Source: Enoplolaimus lenunculus
Taxonomy: Eukaryota
Direction: 5' to 3'
Length of the DNA: 64,000 nt
NCBI GenBank assembly: GCA_030248215.1
Contig: JASANG010001546.1
Location: 620,001 to 684,000 of the forward strand
The notes beneath the pieces were generated by a model. That model was not told where the DNA came from, did no database searches, and saw only the letters and a list, made by a program, of their open reading frames with translations. Positions 1 to 12,800 of this stretch are shown piece after piece. A program made the position numbers and the translations under genes. The first letter of the stretch is position 1, and each line of letters starts with the position of its first letter.

Positions 1-21
1 AAATAACATAAATAAATTTAC

Positions 22-615
22 CAAAATGAGGCGAAAAGCTTGTGCTGTGGCGTCGACGATGAAATAGCGCAGCCGGATTCAGCCATTTACTCGCCCATGA
101 TGCAGCGCTTGATTGCGCTGGTGTGCTACTTTGATGTGATTGGTTAATTCCGGAAACAATCGGCAATTGGCCAATCAAATTGGAGCTTGCGCTAGATGTG
201 TCGACAAAACTCGCTGATTGACCAATCTGATTATTGCTCACTTCATCTGCGTCGACGATATTAGCCGATTGACCAACGAAATTAGAGTTCAATGCTTCTG
301 CGTCAACAAAACTCGCTGATTGGCCAATCAAATTCGAGTTAGACGGCAATAAGCTCGTCGATGCGACACCTCTGCGTGCTCGACTACGAGATGCTCGAAC
401 GCCATTGGTCGGAGTGTTGTTTGGTGATTGAAATTTTTGTTTTGAACGAAGTAGAATTGGTGATGGTTCAACTGAGCCTTGGGATAACGGTGAAAAAGGA
501 CTGGGGATAAGACAAGTCGGGTCTGTGCGAGCACTTGAGGGATGCGGATCGTTAAGCATTGGCGAACATTTAATGGCTGGCTGTTGATCGAAAGAGCGTG
601 ACGATAATGGGAGCT
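22..615 (-). CDS. Coding exon 9: (K)LPLSSRSFDQQPAIKCSP...17-aa repeats...WASKWLNPAALFHRRRHSTSFSPHF
   Basis: Acceptor tgtctgcttcag|AG (phase 1) and donor TTTG|GTAAAT; 594-nt stop-free frame, absent from the ORF track because it has no stop inside the window. An alternative acceptor lies at 665. Confidence 0.85.
158..340 (-). repeat. Coding tandem repeat, 51 nt (17 aa) x about 3.6
   Basis: NSNLIGQSASFVDAEAL / NSNFVGQSANIVDADEV / SNNQIGQSASFVDTSSA / SSNLIGQ; unit boundaries at 340, 289, 238 and 187. Confidence 0.9.
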
Positions 616-1232
616 CTGAAGCAGACATCAAAGTAATATGTAGCAAATGGGATAATGACGCTTTCCTGCATGAATATTTTCTATTTCAAGTGTAATCAAT
701 GCTTTTATTCAGACATTTGTGCAATTCGAATGACCAGTTTGTAATAGGTCTTGTAACTTATCAACCAGTAAATCCTAATATTTCAAATTAAGCACATTTT
801 TTGCATTTGATTTGTTCTAATTCTGTGTCAATTTTGAGATTAAAAATTGGCTAAAATTCGTCTGTTTGACAACCTATCACAGGCGTGTGATAGGTATTAT
901 ACGTATTTGAGAATATGAGCCTTGATTTCAAGCGATGATTCAAACTTTGGATCTCTCGACCGGAAACCCTATTAATATATCACAAGAGGGTTGCGTAGAC
1001 TTGTATATTTTGAGAAAATACTTTTTGGCTATTTTAATGCCGTCATGAACCTCTCGACAACGCACGTGAATTGCCGCATGGCGCCGCAAACCCAACTTGT
1101 ACAAACAGTATTGGACATGTGGCGCCGTTTGGAGCCGGACGATAAGTACAGCGTTTTTCTTAGCGGGCAGTGACCGTATTATCAATTGGGTATAGCACCT
1201 ATCACCAGTGCTGACGCCCGCATTGGACTTAC

Positions 1233-1530
1233 TTGAATTTCCGTCCACCCCCACGTCAATATCATCAGTGCTCTCGTACGAAACAATTAGTTGTCCAGTC
1301 TCGGGCAAAGGGGATCCTTGAACTGAAGGGGGTTGGCAGGATGGCGAGACATCTGACATCGAAAGGTATCCAGCGCTGCATGGGGACAAAATATCAGTTG
1401 CGTCCAAAATGTCATGCGGTGACCCCCCGAATGTTGCCATTGGTGAATCAAGGTGGTCTCGGTTAAGATTTCGATGGGAAAGCAAGTGATTGCGTTCGTG
1501 GCTCGACAGTTGAGCGAATTGTGTTTGAAG
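1233..1530 (-). CDS. Coding exon 8: LQTQFAQLSSHERNHLLSHR...SPSCQPPSVQGSPLPE...DVGVDGNS
   Basis: Acceptor aacatttcag|CTT (phase 0, continues the coiled coil) and donor A|GTAAGT (phase 1); 298 nt. An alternative donor after 1199 is possible. Confidence 0.85.
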
Positions 1531-1569
1531 CTGAAATGTTTCAATTTTTAAGGATAAAAATACTTAACC

Positions 1570-1901
1570 ATGAAGGATTGGTTTGGTCGGAACGCATTGT
1601 TCGGATCCGGATTCAGCAAAAATTTACGGTTTGAATTCGGAATCGGTTGTGAAAGCGCCGATTTCAACGAATCCAACAGTGGCCGGCAATTTACGTTTTT
1701 CATTTTTAAACAAAAAAATTAAAACTTGTTATATAAATCAAAATTTTTTATTTTAGGTCACAAATCTCAGAACTGCGGTCGGGTACATTTTTCTGCAACA
1801 AATTATAGATATAACTGAAATTTTGTAATACGGAAGATTCCGATTCGGAAACTTAGCTATGGATTCGGATTCGGTCAATCCGTGGATTCTATGCCGCCCT
1901 G
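1570..1901. mobile_element. Degenerate hAT-like MITE with GGATTC subterminal repeats
   Basis: Clusters of (C)GGATTC at both ends; the right terminus is GCCGCCCTG and the left terminus is eroded. Confidence 0.45.
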
Positions 1902-2382
1902 GTCGAAAGTTTCAAAGTACCGTAAACACGTTAGCAGGTGGAAGTGTGGCGTATGGTAAAATCAGATATTAGGTTTTTCAGAATGCTTCAAACTACCTTT
2001 GTCACATTTATACGAGGGATTATGCTCTGATTCAGGGGTCAATCTAGGAACATGAGAGAAATGTATCCTTTACTCGCCCTGGTATCTGAAGCTTACAATG
2101 TGTTTTATAGCCATATCGCGAAGCATCTGGCGGGAATACAACACGACCTCAAAAAATTGCTACTTGGGCCCGAGTTTGTAACTCTTAAAATTTAAAAATT
2201 TTGTCTTAAAAGATTTTGAAAAATGTTGGAAATTTAGAAAACAACAATGGTTGCAGTACTGATAAATACATGGATGGACCACGGCTTACATGAACTCAAT
2301 GCTTAAAGTAGGGTTTAGCAAAATTGCAACTGGATTTGATATGTGTAACAAAACGTTTACATACAATTGAATGTAAATATAC

Positions 2383-2529
2383 CTGAACAAGTTGTTGATG
2401 CAATCTTTGATTTTCTTCGTCTTTTTGCGCTAAATGGGCTTGCAAATCGGCCAAATGTGCATTGCTTTTCTTTAAACGATACGCAAGTTGACAACGTTCG
2501 ACTTCACAGCAATCTTTTTCAAGCAAAAT
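2383..2529 (-). CDS. Coding exon 7: ILLEKDCCEVERCQLAYRLKKSNAHLADLQAHLAQKDEENQRLHQQLVQ (coiled coil)
   Basis: Acceptor taaatttag|ATT and donor CAG|GTATAT; 147 nt, phase 0 to 0; strong heptad pattern. Confidence 0.9.
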
Positions 2530-2688
2530 CTAAATTTAATAAATAATATTTTTTGGGTTAAAAAAGTCGTAATTATTTGATTCATTTATTGTTTTAATTA
2601 CTTAAAGAAACTGGCTTAAGTTAATCATTAATTTTTGCAACTACAATAAAAAACGCCTTTACTTATTAATATATTCTATAAAAAGATA

Positions 2689-2752
2689 AATTAATAAATA
2701 AATAAAAAATAAATAAAAATAAATAAAAAATAAATACATAAATAAATATAAA
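2689..2752. repeat. (TAAA)n-type microsatellite
   Basis: Imperfect run taataaataaataaaaaataaataaaaataaata... Confidence 0.8.
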
Positions 2753-3335
2753 TCAACATATATGTATGTATACGCGCAACCGAACTTTAGTAAATCATCG
2801 TTTTCAACATAGCAAATAAGGGCATAATATTTTTATAAAAGCTCCGATAGAATGGACTGTCACTTCCGCTCACCCCTTCGGGATCCGGATGCCCCAGAAT
2901 GCATAAATAAATAACAGTCGTTAGAAGATTGAACAATTGCGGTAAAATAAGAAATCAACGTGAAAATTGCAAAAATGCTGTTGATTATTTATTTCATTAT
3001 ATAACCGCTAAGCTCCTATAAAACGGTTGTGGCATGATCCCGAAGATTACGAAGAATCTTGCTAACAGCGCATTTTCCTCGTCTCTCCAGAAATTCCAAG
3101 AGAAGAAATATGACCTCTATTCCTCTTCTTGAATACACCACAGTTGATGGACACCATTCAGCTGTGGCTTACAAAATTGAGGTTCAAAAATGAGAATTAT
3201 AAACGACAGTAATGTTCGTTCGGAAACAAAGATTGAAATGTTGAATTTTGCTGCGTATTATGATAATAATTTCAATAAAACTGAAAAACACTCAATTTCG
3301 TTTTTGAAAATAGAAAAATAACACGAAAATACTAA

Positions 3336-3550
3336 AGCCCTTTTCACACTTGCAAGTTTTGTCTAAAATTCCCTTTCAAAAAACTTACAGCCGCAAATAA
3401 TTCATTAAACATCAAAACTTGGAATTTAGTTTACATGTGTGAATAACCACGGCATCCACTTTCTCATTGACTGGTGAAAAAATGCAAGTTCTGCGTGCAA
3501 TTTGCAACTGCAAGTTCTCGCAGCAAAAACTTGCACGTATGAATAGGGCT
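3336..3550. mobile_element. PIF/Harbinger-like (Tourist-type) MITE, family B copy 1
   Basis: TIR AGCCCTWTTCACACKTGCAAGTTTT; flanked by TAA on both sides. Confidence 0.85.
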
Positions 3551-4778
3551 TAATTTTGGTCTGAAGAAAGGTCTTTTATTACTCGCCGCTATCTTAAACC
3601 ATTTTCGTGAAACTGAAACTAACGCAAAGCCGCACTTTAGTTTGTCGGCTTCGGCTTTGATCTTAAGTTTTTACTCTTTGAAATTCTATAAAACTCAAGA
3701 CTAAAAGACGGAACTTCGTTGAACGTTTTCCAATTTTTCACCCAAAAGTTATATCAAAACTTAATCCGAATTTTTCAATGAAACATTTTGATTTGCTTTG
3801 AAAGTTGAATTCCAACTTTTTTCTAACAGAAACAATTGTTTTACAAGCCAAATCACAAACATAATCGGTCACCGCAATTTCAAAACAAAGAAAATATTTT
3901 AAAAAATTAATTTCGATTTGGAACGCCTTGTTTCTGGTTCAAAGCTCGCTTTGGTTAATTCAAACTGACAACTACTAAGTTTTCCTATTTGGCCACAAAA
4001 GCGATTATATTCGTTTCGCTCGGTTGTTGTTCACAATTTTAGACAACAAAAATTAGAAAATACAAGTTTTTTAAATAAAGCGAAAACCTATTTTCAAAAA
4101 CCTTTTTAGCGATTTTGAACGGAAACTTTAAGCAAAGTTTGACAAATGAAAAGCGACTTTGGCCAATTTTAGCACTGAATAAGGTTTTTCACTTGTGTGT
4201 GTACATTACGTTGCCAAGCTGAATAATTACAGCAAACGCATGCAACTGTACTCAGTTGTTGAGCTCGGAGGGGGGGTCGACTTTTGTCATTGAAATATTT
4301 TCCCACAGTTCAAAGTGTCGCCCGTCTGAGGGTATTTTCTAACTCAAACTCAACTCAGTAACAACTTGAGCGTTTCACGAAAATGGTGGGATGGAAGCAG
4401 CCAAGCTTATCCTTTTAAGGAATAGACATTTTGGCCAGCGACGTAGGGAGGATTTTGTTGTAGGAAACGATAATTGCGTCTAAAAGTTTTGTACGAGCAA
4501 GCGTAGACAGTGAGAATGTTCCGTTTTTGAGTCTTTCAAGAAATTTTAGGGGGATGTATCTCAGTATCCAACTGTCGTTTATATGCTTTTGGTTCTGGTC
4601 CTGATTGTCTTTGGAAATTTTGCTCCGTTGCGTTTCGTATGAAACCATTTTTATTACCAGCTTAAATATTCTTTTTGCCAGTTGCGTTTAAGCCTTGTAA
4701 CATTAATGTATTGTACTAACAATTTTTCACGAAAACTGTACTGATGTGGTACACAATGCTTGAACCTATGATGGCTAT

Positions 4779-4906
4779 CACGGTTCCACCGAAACTTTTA
4801 TTCCAGCCGAAATTCTCGAAAAATTCCAACTGCTGGTCCTGTTCCAGTTCCTGCAACGAAATTCAGTTCCTGTTCCGTTAAAATTTAGTTCCTGTTGCAA
4901 CCATGG
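4779..4906. mobile_element. Short hAT-like MITE related to 18221-18319
   Basis: Termini CACGGTTCCA...TGCAACCATG; internal GTTCCT repeats. Confidence 0.5.
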
Positions 4907-5613
4907 TGACAATGTTTGCCTTAAAGAATAATTTATACCATAATGGGAAGTTGCCTTTTGTTTAATAATTATTTTTTACCGTCGTTTTTATAAACTTCCC
5001 CAATATTGGCCGAGTATAAAATGAGTCTTAAGAAAACCCATGTAAAATTGGTTAAACAATAATTAATGTTAGGTGAAAAAATAACTTCTGTATCAGAAAA
5101 GCTAACGTTTTGGCTGCAATTCTGGTCACAATAAGCGTATTTACGCTATATTTAGTATGGTGAATAGGTAACAAATATTAGACCATTCACTGATTTGAAT
5201 GCAATGCACGTATTTCTAAACATACAAAGCTAACAGCACCAGACGAAAACAAAACTTTTGGGTAAACCGCAGTTTGAAATTCACAAATTATTCAATAATT
5301 CGTATCAAATTACTGCGATTTTTGCTATGCAAATTAACCAAAAACCTTTTGATTTCTGAAATAATGATTGATTTTGGCTCTGGTTTAATTTGAATATAAC
5401 TCTACAGTTTCTAAGCTTTGGTCGTTGATAAACCAATTTACCTATGGCTTTGAAATACTTCCCACTCCCAGTTTCGAGAGTTTTTGCCAAGTTTTTCATT
5501 TTTGCACAATTTAGGCTTTGGATTAAGCTTAGGAATATGATTAGGCTGTGTGCAAGTACTAAAGTTTTAGCCAGTTAGTGATGACTTTTATAGTAACCAA
5601 ATGATTAGATTAA

Positions 5614-5887
5614 AGCCTTATTCACACGTGCAAGTTTTTGCTGCGAGAACTTGCAGCTGCAAATTGCACGCAGAACTTGCATTTTTTCGTCAGCCAATGA
5701 GAAAGCGGGTGCAACTAATTCAGTGAACTTTCATGGTTATTCACACATGTGAAAGAATTTCTAGCTTTGATTTTTAATGAATTATTTTTAGCTGCCACTT
5801 TTTCGAACGAGATTTTGGGCAAAACTTGCAAGTACAAATTTCATTTGCAAGTTCTCGTAGCAAAAACTTGCACGTGTGAATAGGGCT
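5614..5887. mobile_element. PIF/Harbinger-like MITE, family B copy 2
   Basis: Same TIR, extended to about 40 bp; flanks TAA/TTA; opposite orientation to copy 1. Confidence 0.88.
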
Positions 5888-6152
5888 TTAGAAGTTGTAT
5901 TTCAAAATACTGAACACAAACCATAAGCATTGGCAAAATTCATATACCAGTTGCTGTTAGCTCAGAAAGCTTCATTGTAAAATGACTACATATGGAATTA
6001 TTTCGAATTACTCGGTATACCAAAACTTCACAGACTTACCTAAGTGCCTAATTTGATATTTTCAGATATATATCATCTTGGTGGTAGAAGCCCTAATCGC
6101 GTTAAGTTGTTCACAAATTTTTATTTGGAGCAAACATATTTAGTACAAATTA

Positions 6153-6366
6153 GGGTGACGCTATACTTCTTTCAAAGTTTGGTTGTTATTCGGTGCCGTC
6201 TGTCGCCGTCCGTCAACGTATGGCACAAGTACGCCGCCTGCGAGCGCCCGAGTTACGTCACGTGACGGAAGATGACATCACATGACGAACGGCGACGAAA
6301 CGTGACACATGGTGACGTCACGTGACAGACGGTGATTGATGGCACCACACGACAAGTGTAGTGTGA
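6153..6366. mobile_element. CpG-rich MITE with GTGACG/CCGTC motifs, related to 56300-56495
   Basis: Left end TTA|GGGTGACGCTATAC; dense GTCACGTGAC palindromes; right end eroded. Confidence 0.55.
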
Positions 6367-7695
6367 GAATTACTCAAATACTTGTTATTAAAATTCACGT
6401 TAAAAATTTCTTTTTTGTTGATTTAAATATATGTTCTGGTAAAATTAATTTAAAATACGTTAAACAGGAGACAATGAACATAAATTACACCGCCTGATAC
6501 AGGTTGGAATAAGCTCAAAAAGACATAAACCAGGGTCGTAGTTCCGATTTCATTTCAAGAGCAAATAAGTTTCAAGTTATTTTCTCGATTGAAGGTAGCA
6601 AATAAGAAATTTTCTGACATTAAACAACGCAACAGATTTCAGTATTGCGAAGCCTGTACAACTGTCTATTTTTAATATTCTTCAAGAAATTCCGGGGCAC
6701 AATAACCCACCCGCCCCCATAGGGTCCACCCAAAACCGCTAAACAATTACCGTGAAAAATAACGCTAAGTGAATAAAATATAGGCAGTTTTTGTGACCCG
6801 TTTTAAAATTTTAATTTCAATTCAAATTCGTTTCTAAAGTTAGTTTCAGTTGAATAAAAGGAAACAGCGTTTAAAGCATTGAAAAGACATAAAGTCGGTA
6901 TTATGAACAAGTGGTTAATCTCAGAAAGACCGCTGCCTGTCCCTACGGCCGACATAACAACGCCATTGCCTCAAAATAATTTAGAAAATAATAAAAGAAT
7001 TTTTGAAAAATTTTCAAAATAACCCCTTTCATATATGTTCCTGCTCCCTGTACTCAAAATTTTAAAATACCGGATTCAAAAGACAACAAAAAACGCAACG
7101 CAAGAAACCGTTGATTGATTGCTGCCAGGTCAGCTTTATCGGTTTCAAAAGCCTAACAAACAATTGCTTCGCTTTTCTGAGTTTTTAATATTGAAACCTG
7201 AAAACGGCCAACAAACCAGTTTTCATTTGTTGCGACTTTGAGATTGAAATATTTCATTTTAAGTATATTTATTTTTCCCGGTTTAACCCTTCAGTCTATT
7301 TTGGCCGTCCATTGTATAACCTTTTGCTGGTTAAAACGTGACAGATATATGCTCGCTTTAGGAGCGTATCCAGAATTAGCTTTCGGGAGGGAATAAGTTA
7401 ATTTCAGGGCTGGAGCACTTATCCGCCCTACCCTCGATTTGGAAACATCCACCGCAAAGACGGCTCTTCCGAATAAGATTTTAAACAAAATATTGGCATG
7501 AAATTTGAATCATCGCAAGGTGACCCCGGAACTTGGGGGTCCTATCTTAGATAGGCACCAGCACTGCCGATTTTTTCATATTTCATTATTGAGTTTAGCG
7601 AACAACATTATTTTAAACATTAAAAAAAGTATATTTTTTCTTGCTTGGCCAAATATTTTGAAATTGTAAATATATCTTAATCTTTGCCTCGCATC

Positions 7696-7830
7696 GGCAT
7701 ATGAATAGAACAGGAATAGATCGTTTTCCGGCGAGCTGTAATAGAGTCAGTTTAAACTTTAGACTAACTTTTTTGCTTAGGCTTAGGCTTAGGAATATGA
7801 TTATACTACTGTTCCGGCCGTGTTTATAGA
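7696..7830 (+). mobile_element. TTAGGC-bearing MITE (family A), diverged copy
   Basis: Core aatagagtcagtttaaactttagactaactttttgcTTAGGCTTAGGCTTAGGaatatg...ctgttccg is shared with 43895-44064. Confidence 0.7.
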
Positions 7831-7900
7831 TGAGCCCTCACATTTCAAGTCATGCACTGCCTTTAATCTAAAATCAGATTCAATAGAATTACCAACTTAC

Positions 7901-8106
7901 CTTGTTTAAATCTTCAGTCGCGGGCGGATTATTTCTTGCTCCAATAGGTGAACTCGAGTCGCGGGCATTCGTTGTCACCTGCTCGCAATGACTGAGAACA
8001 ACGTTTGAGTAAATGTTACCCGAACTCATCGATGGAGAAGGTTTCAACTCGAGTTCAGAGCTGCACGGTGCTAACGGTGGATTGGGACAAGTAGGATTGA
8101 AGTTGC
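7901..8106 (-). CDS. Coding exon 6: (G)NFNPTCPNPPLAPCSSELELKPSP...PPATEDLNK
   Basis: Acceptor aatattttag|GC and consensus donor AAG|GTAAGT; 206 nt, phase 1 to 0. Confidence 0.9.
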
Positions 8107-8357
8107 CTAAAATATTAAAAAGAGATACAATTGAAATAAGAGAAATACATAATTCGCCAAAACTCAAAAGTAGTTTGCTGGGCGTAAGTGCACACGCCTG
8201 AGCCTTGGTAATCTGAATCAGCCGCTTGCGTTATTTTAATGAATTCCGGTGTGGTACAATGCCATCTGAGGGTACCGAGCAGTATCGTACTAAGTTGACC
8301 TGGCCAAATTTATATAGCGCAACCCTTACGGCCTCGTTTGGATCGATTTCAACTTAC

Positions 8358-8537
8358 CGTTAAACTGCGGTTTAATTTGTCGACGATGAATTCCAACTGA
8401 CGTTGAATTTTGGGAATTGAAATCAGAATGCGCCAAGCGTTGAAGCAACGACAGTTCGTCTTGAAGCGAGGTGATACGCGTTGTAAGATGTGAATTTTCG
8501 ACACGTAATTGTGTTACTGTACTTTCTAATACATTTC
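8358..8537 (-). CDS. Coding exon 5: (G)NVLESTVTQLRVENSHLTTRITSLQDELSLLQRLAHSD...IKPQFN (coiled coil)
   Basis: Acceptor tttttttcag|GA and donor ACG|GTAAGT; 180 nt, phase 1 to 1; heptad pattern. Not present in the supplied ORF track. Confidence 0.9.
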
Positions 8538-9643
8538 CTGAAAAAAATTTTATTGAAATATTAATTTTTTAGTTTAAAAATATTGCAGAACCAACAACTG
8601 TACTGCATAATGTTTAAAAGCTACTGCAACTATTAATTACAATTGCAAGCACTGATATATGAAATTCTTTATTTTACTACGGTTATTTTTCAGTTTTAGC
8701 GATATGTTTCAGTCAAATCAGTGCTTCTGAATATTATTAACCATTGGAGAAAGCCAAAGCCTAAGCCTAAGCTTAAGGCATAACCTAAGTTGAAGCAAAA
8801 AGACTAAACCTAATCCTGCGTACAACAGAATTACGAATTGTAAACAATACAAAGTTTTAATAAAGTTTTCAGTAAAAATTTTGATTCCTGGGTCTTCGAA
8901 TGTGTGAATAAGAATTGGAATAAAATATTTTGCAAGAATTCCGGCCGGAACAAGACTTCCGGCGTTGTCTTGGTACAATGCTCCGACTGTAATCATATAA
9001 GAAAACAAAACTAATAGCGTATAGAAGACAAACAAAGTTGTAAAATGATTATTATAGTTTCACAACGCTCTAATTATCAGCTAAATTATTCCATATTTTT
9101 ACAAAGTCTTCGAACGTTGGAGCAGAAGTGGAAGCGGGGCTGTCTGCGACGATCCACCATGCCGCGTCTCTCAAACGATTATTTTCTAGCCGCCGTATGG
9201 AATCCCACGGGACAACCATGGCTCCCATGCACCACGAAAATATCAGTTATATAACACTAAAAATAACCGCATTTCAGCAATTTTTATGTTGGTTTGCGTA
9301 TTTTTACGCAATCAATCTATTGACTCGCAACTTTTGCATATCAGTCAACACAGTTGGTGGCCAAGAAAAATTACATGAGCGATAATCAGTCTGCCGAAAA
9401 GCGGTTTCAGCTTACTTTTGAGCTAAACATTTCTAAATCGAGAGAAATTCAACTTTTAATTCCTGCCCCATTTTTGACCCTGGTCCCATGATCGATTTTG
9501 ATCTCTGTGGTATTAAGCAAGTGAACCGTAGGCGTTGAAATTTAGCTACGACTGTTGCACAACCGTTTCATTGACCATAGTCTATGGGAACGTTGTAAAC
9601 ATGAATACATTAATTTTAAAAAACCAGGAAATATGCTTATTCA

Positions 9644-9827
9644 GGCCAATGTTACTTATGGGGTGTAACAGTAGACTAATTGTATTCCTAAGCCTAAGCC
9701 TAAGCGTTGCAAAAATGTGTTCCTAAGCCTAAGCCTAAGCCTAAGCAAAAAATGTAATCTATAAACTAAACCTACTCTTTTATAGACCCACCAGAAACCA
9801 TGGACGCTCCTTAAAGTAACATGGGCC
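9644..9827 (-). mobile_element. TTAGGC-bearing MITE (family A, subfamily 2)
   Basis: TIR GGCCAATGTTACTT...AAGTAACATGGGCC; two (CCTAAG)n tracts. Confidence 0.8.
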
Positions 9828-12800
9828 CATATTCAAAAGCCTTGAAAAAAGTTCTATTTTTCTCATTTCTCTATAAATTTGAAATGGTCACAATATCTGC
9901 AATATATCCTGTTTGGTACGGCATCATTGCTAGAAACCAACACAGATGCTTAAAAAACAATTAAATTAGCGAACATTTTCCAGCCAGATCCATTGTGCAA
10001 TGTTACCAAAAGCCTAATTTGATCTCGGACCACGGTTTATTTAAACTGTAACCCACTGTGAGGGCACAGCCAAAACAACCAAATTTCGTTCGAACCAATC
10101 AGGTTTGGTTTAACCTAACTTCGTCGCTAACAAATTCAGGAAAACTGGGTACGTAAAGATAAAGTCAGCTGGTTTAAAAATCACATAGTGCGTAAGGTTT
10201 GAACCAAACGAAGGTTGTGTACCCTCAAAGGTACATAATTGCATTCTGTCTTCTTTAGGCTTAAGCTTAGGTCAACCGATTACAAGGGTCAGCAAATATG
10301 CCATGCAAGATGTGGTTGAAAATTACAGGAGGGACATTTGAACGCGTACCGATCACTTACAGGAGGAACTGAAATATCCTAGACGGCGTGAACCTCCTGG
10401 AGGCTTTTCTGGTTACAGGCCCACAAAATGTGCTTGTTTTAATTTTTCAATGGAAACGATAGTTTTTGTTAACTCTTGGACTATATTTAACACCAGCGAC
10501 CGGATACAGTTGGCAATAGGCATTAAAACAAGCGAATCTACAAATTGCTGTCCAATCAAAACTGTCTCCCGACAACAACCGAATAGTTAAGAGTGCGTTC
10601 AAATTTTAAAATTTTATGATTAATGATATTCATTTTAATGCTTAGACTACAACTGTCACCGGATACTGAAAGCAATTCCTTTTTAAATTTCCCTGAACCG
10701 CAAACGGTTGGCTTGAATGTTTTTCTGAGACGCTGAAATTTCAAAGTTTACCGCCATAAATATTGTCACATCCAGTAGAAAATGCCCCATGGCCGAGATG
10801 AACGGTTAATTTGACCGATGACAACCGGGGCCAAATTTTTAATGTAACCTTTACTTGACTCGACGACTCATGTGGGGTTAAACAACAATCTTGTGTTTGG
10901 GTCATTCAAATCCTTTATAAAACATGTACTTGTATCCATTTTTACGTTGCAGGATGTTTAAATAGAAAACTTTGGTTCAAGTCAACGTTTCGTTTTTTCG
11001 ATGAAAACATGACTGTCTAACGAACAACGGCTATTTGACAAAATAAACCACATTCTTACAGAATATTTATTGACCCCAATTGGTACCGGATCCGGTCCCA
11101 GCCAAGGTTAATTCCGGCTCCTTTTACAAAATATTCATTGGCTCCTATTGGCACCGGTCCCGGCTGAGGCATTTCCGCCCCCTGAGCAAGTTCAATACCC
11201 AAACAGGTTAGTAGCCAAGACATGAGGTTAATGAATGAAACCCGCTCTAAACAATTTAGGCCGTACCCAAGCAAAGTTCATATCCCACCCTGGCTAAGCT
11301 ATCGCCCCGATTTTATATCTTGCCAAATTTGCGCCTGGCTCTGTTGAAATTTTTTTGACCCCTTGTACGTCTTGGCCACTCTACAGCGTTGTGTAACAAT
11401 TCATTTTGCCGGCCAGATTTTTGCTTACCCACAGGTTTCATTGGCAAACTCGCCAAAGCCAAGAAGAACTCAGCCTTCAAAGCGAAGGCAAAGCTAAATC
11501 AGGCAATTTGAAATCAGGCACTCTGAATAAAACGGACAAAGCTAAAATTTAAAGGAAAAAGTTTACGTTGGACTATAAATTTCAAAGTCGGCATTTGTTG
11601 TACTGTTGACTGAAAAAAGTTTCCAAAAAATTCAATATACAAATTACAAACACTCGACCGATGACATGTAACCTCGCTTGCTTACGCGCTTGTAGAGCGA
11701 ACCCAACACAATTAAACCAAACTGTATGACAAAGAAATCTCTGTCCGTTTGCGGGATTTGAAACAGGCTTTTGTGCTGCTGACAACGCAAACCAGACGGT
11801 CAAAAATTAATCCCTTGGGTCTGTTTCTGTTTAGTGTTTCAAACTGAATATTGAATTCAAAATGTATTTTTGTTGACGTTCAAATTGAGTTTTAGTTGAA
11901 AGTTGAGGCTGACGAAAGGACCAGGAGCGCACACATACGGTGTTGTCAAAATCGATTTCATTTGATTACAACCGAAAAGAATATGTTTCGAAACTGAGCG
12001 AAATTTTGCTTGAGGTACAAAAATGTTGTCATTTTTGAAAATTGACACCAAAAAGTGTATTTTAAGTGTGATTTTAGTTACAATTTTAAACCAGCACAAA
12101 TCATTTCAGGGAACAATGCTTAATTGAGTTTTTGGTCAATTTCACATTTTAAATCCTCCTACGAATGTCTCGTTTTTTGATGTTTAAAAATGTTTAAATT
12201 TTCAAATTTTTCACAAATTACAATCAATATTAAGTGTTTTCCAACAGAAATATGTAAAATACGTAAAAAAACTTTATAGAACCAGTTTGAGCGGTGCTTA
12301 AAAATATTTTTGATACATTTTTAATTAATAGCAACTTTGCCGAAAGTATCCACATTCAACAAGGCTTAAAGCAAAGCAGTAAATCTAAATTTTAATTTTC
12401 GCAGCGTATAAGTACCTATTGTCGCCTCGAGCTTAAATAAACAGGTAACAGCAAAACAACCTGATCCAACTAAAATATTACTGATTCCATTTCAAAATTC
12501 CACAACATCAAACGATTCGTCCGCGTCTCAAACGAAACTTCAAATCAATTTTAAGTTTAAATCAAAGTGTTTTAAAATTCTGACATGACATTCAATTGTC
12601 AGTATGACACATTTAAGCCTATGCTTTTCTAGTCCCAGTCCTGCCCACCATCATTCACGACAAATGATTTGTGTAGGGGGATATTGGTGTATCCCCACGC
12701 ATTCCTCTAAGATAGTTTGTTACATAGATTGAAATATCTACTGAAAATTGCAAAAATTGCAACGGCGATATCTTATTTAAGAATTCCTTCAACGAATCCC

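Noticed and set aside
4415..4648. 77-aa ATG ORF in intron 6
   Set aside because: No recognisable family and no supporting splice sites; exons 6 and 7 join directly.
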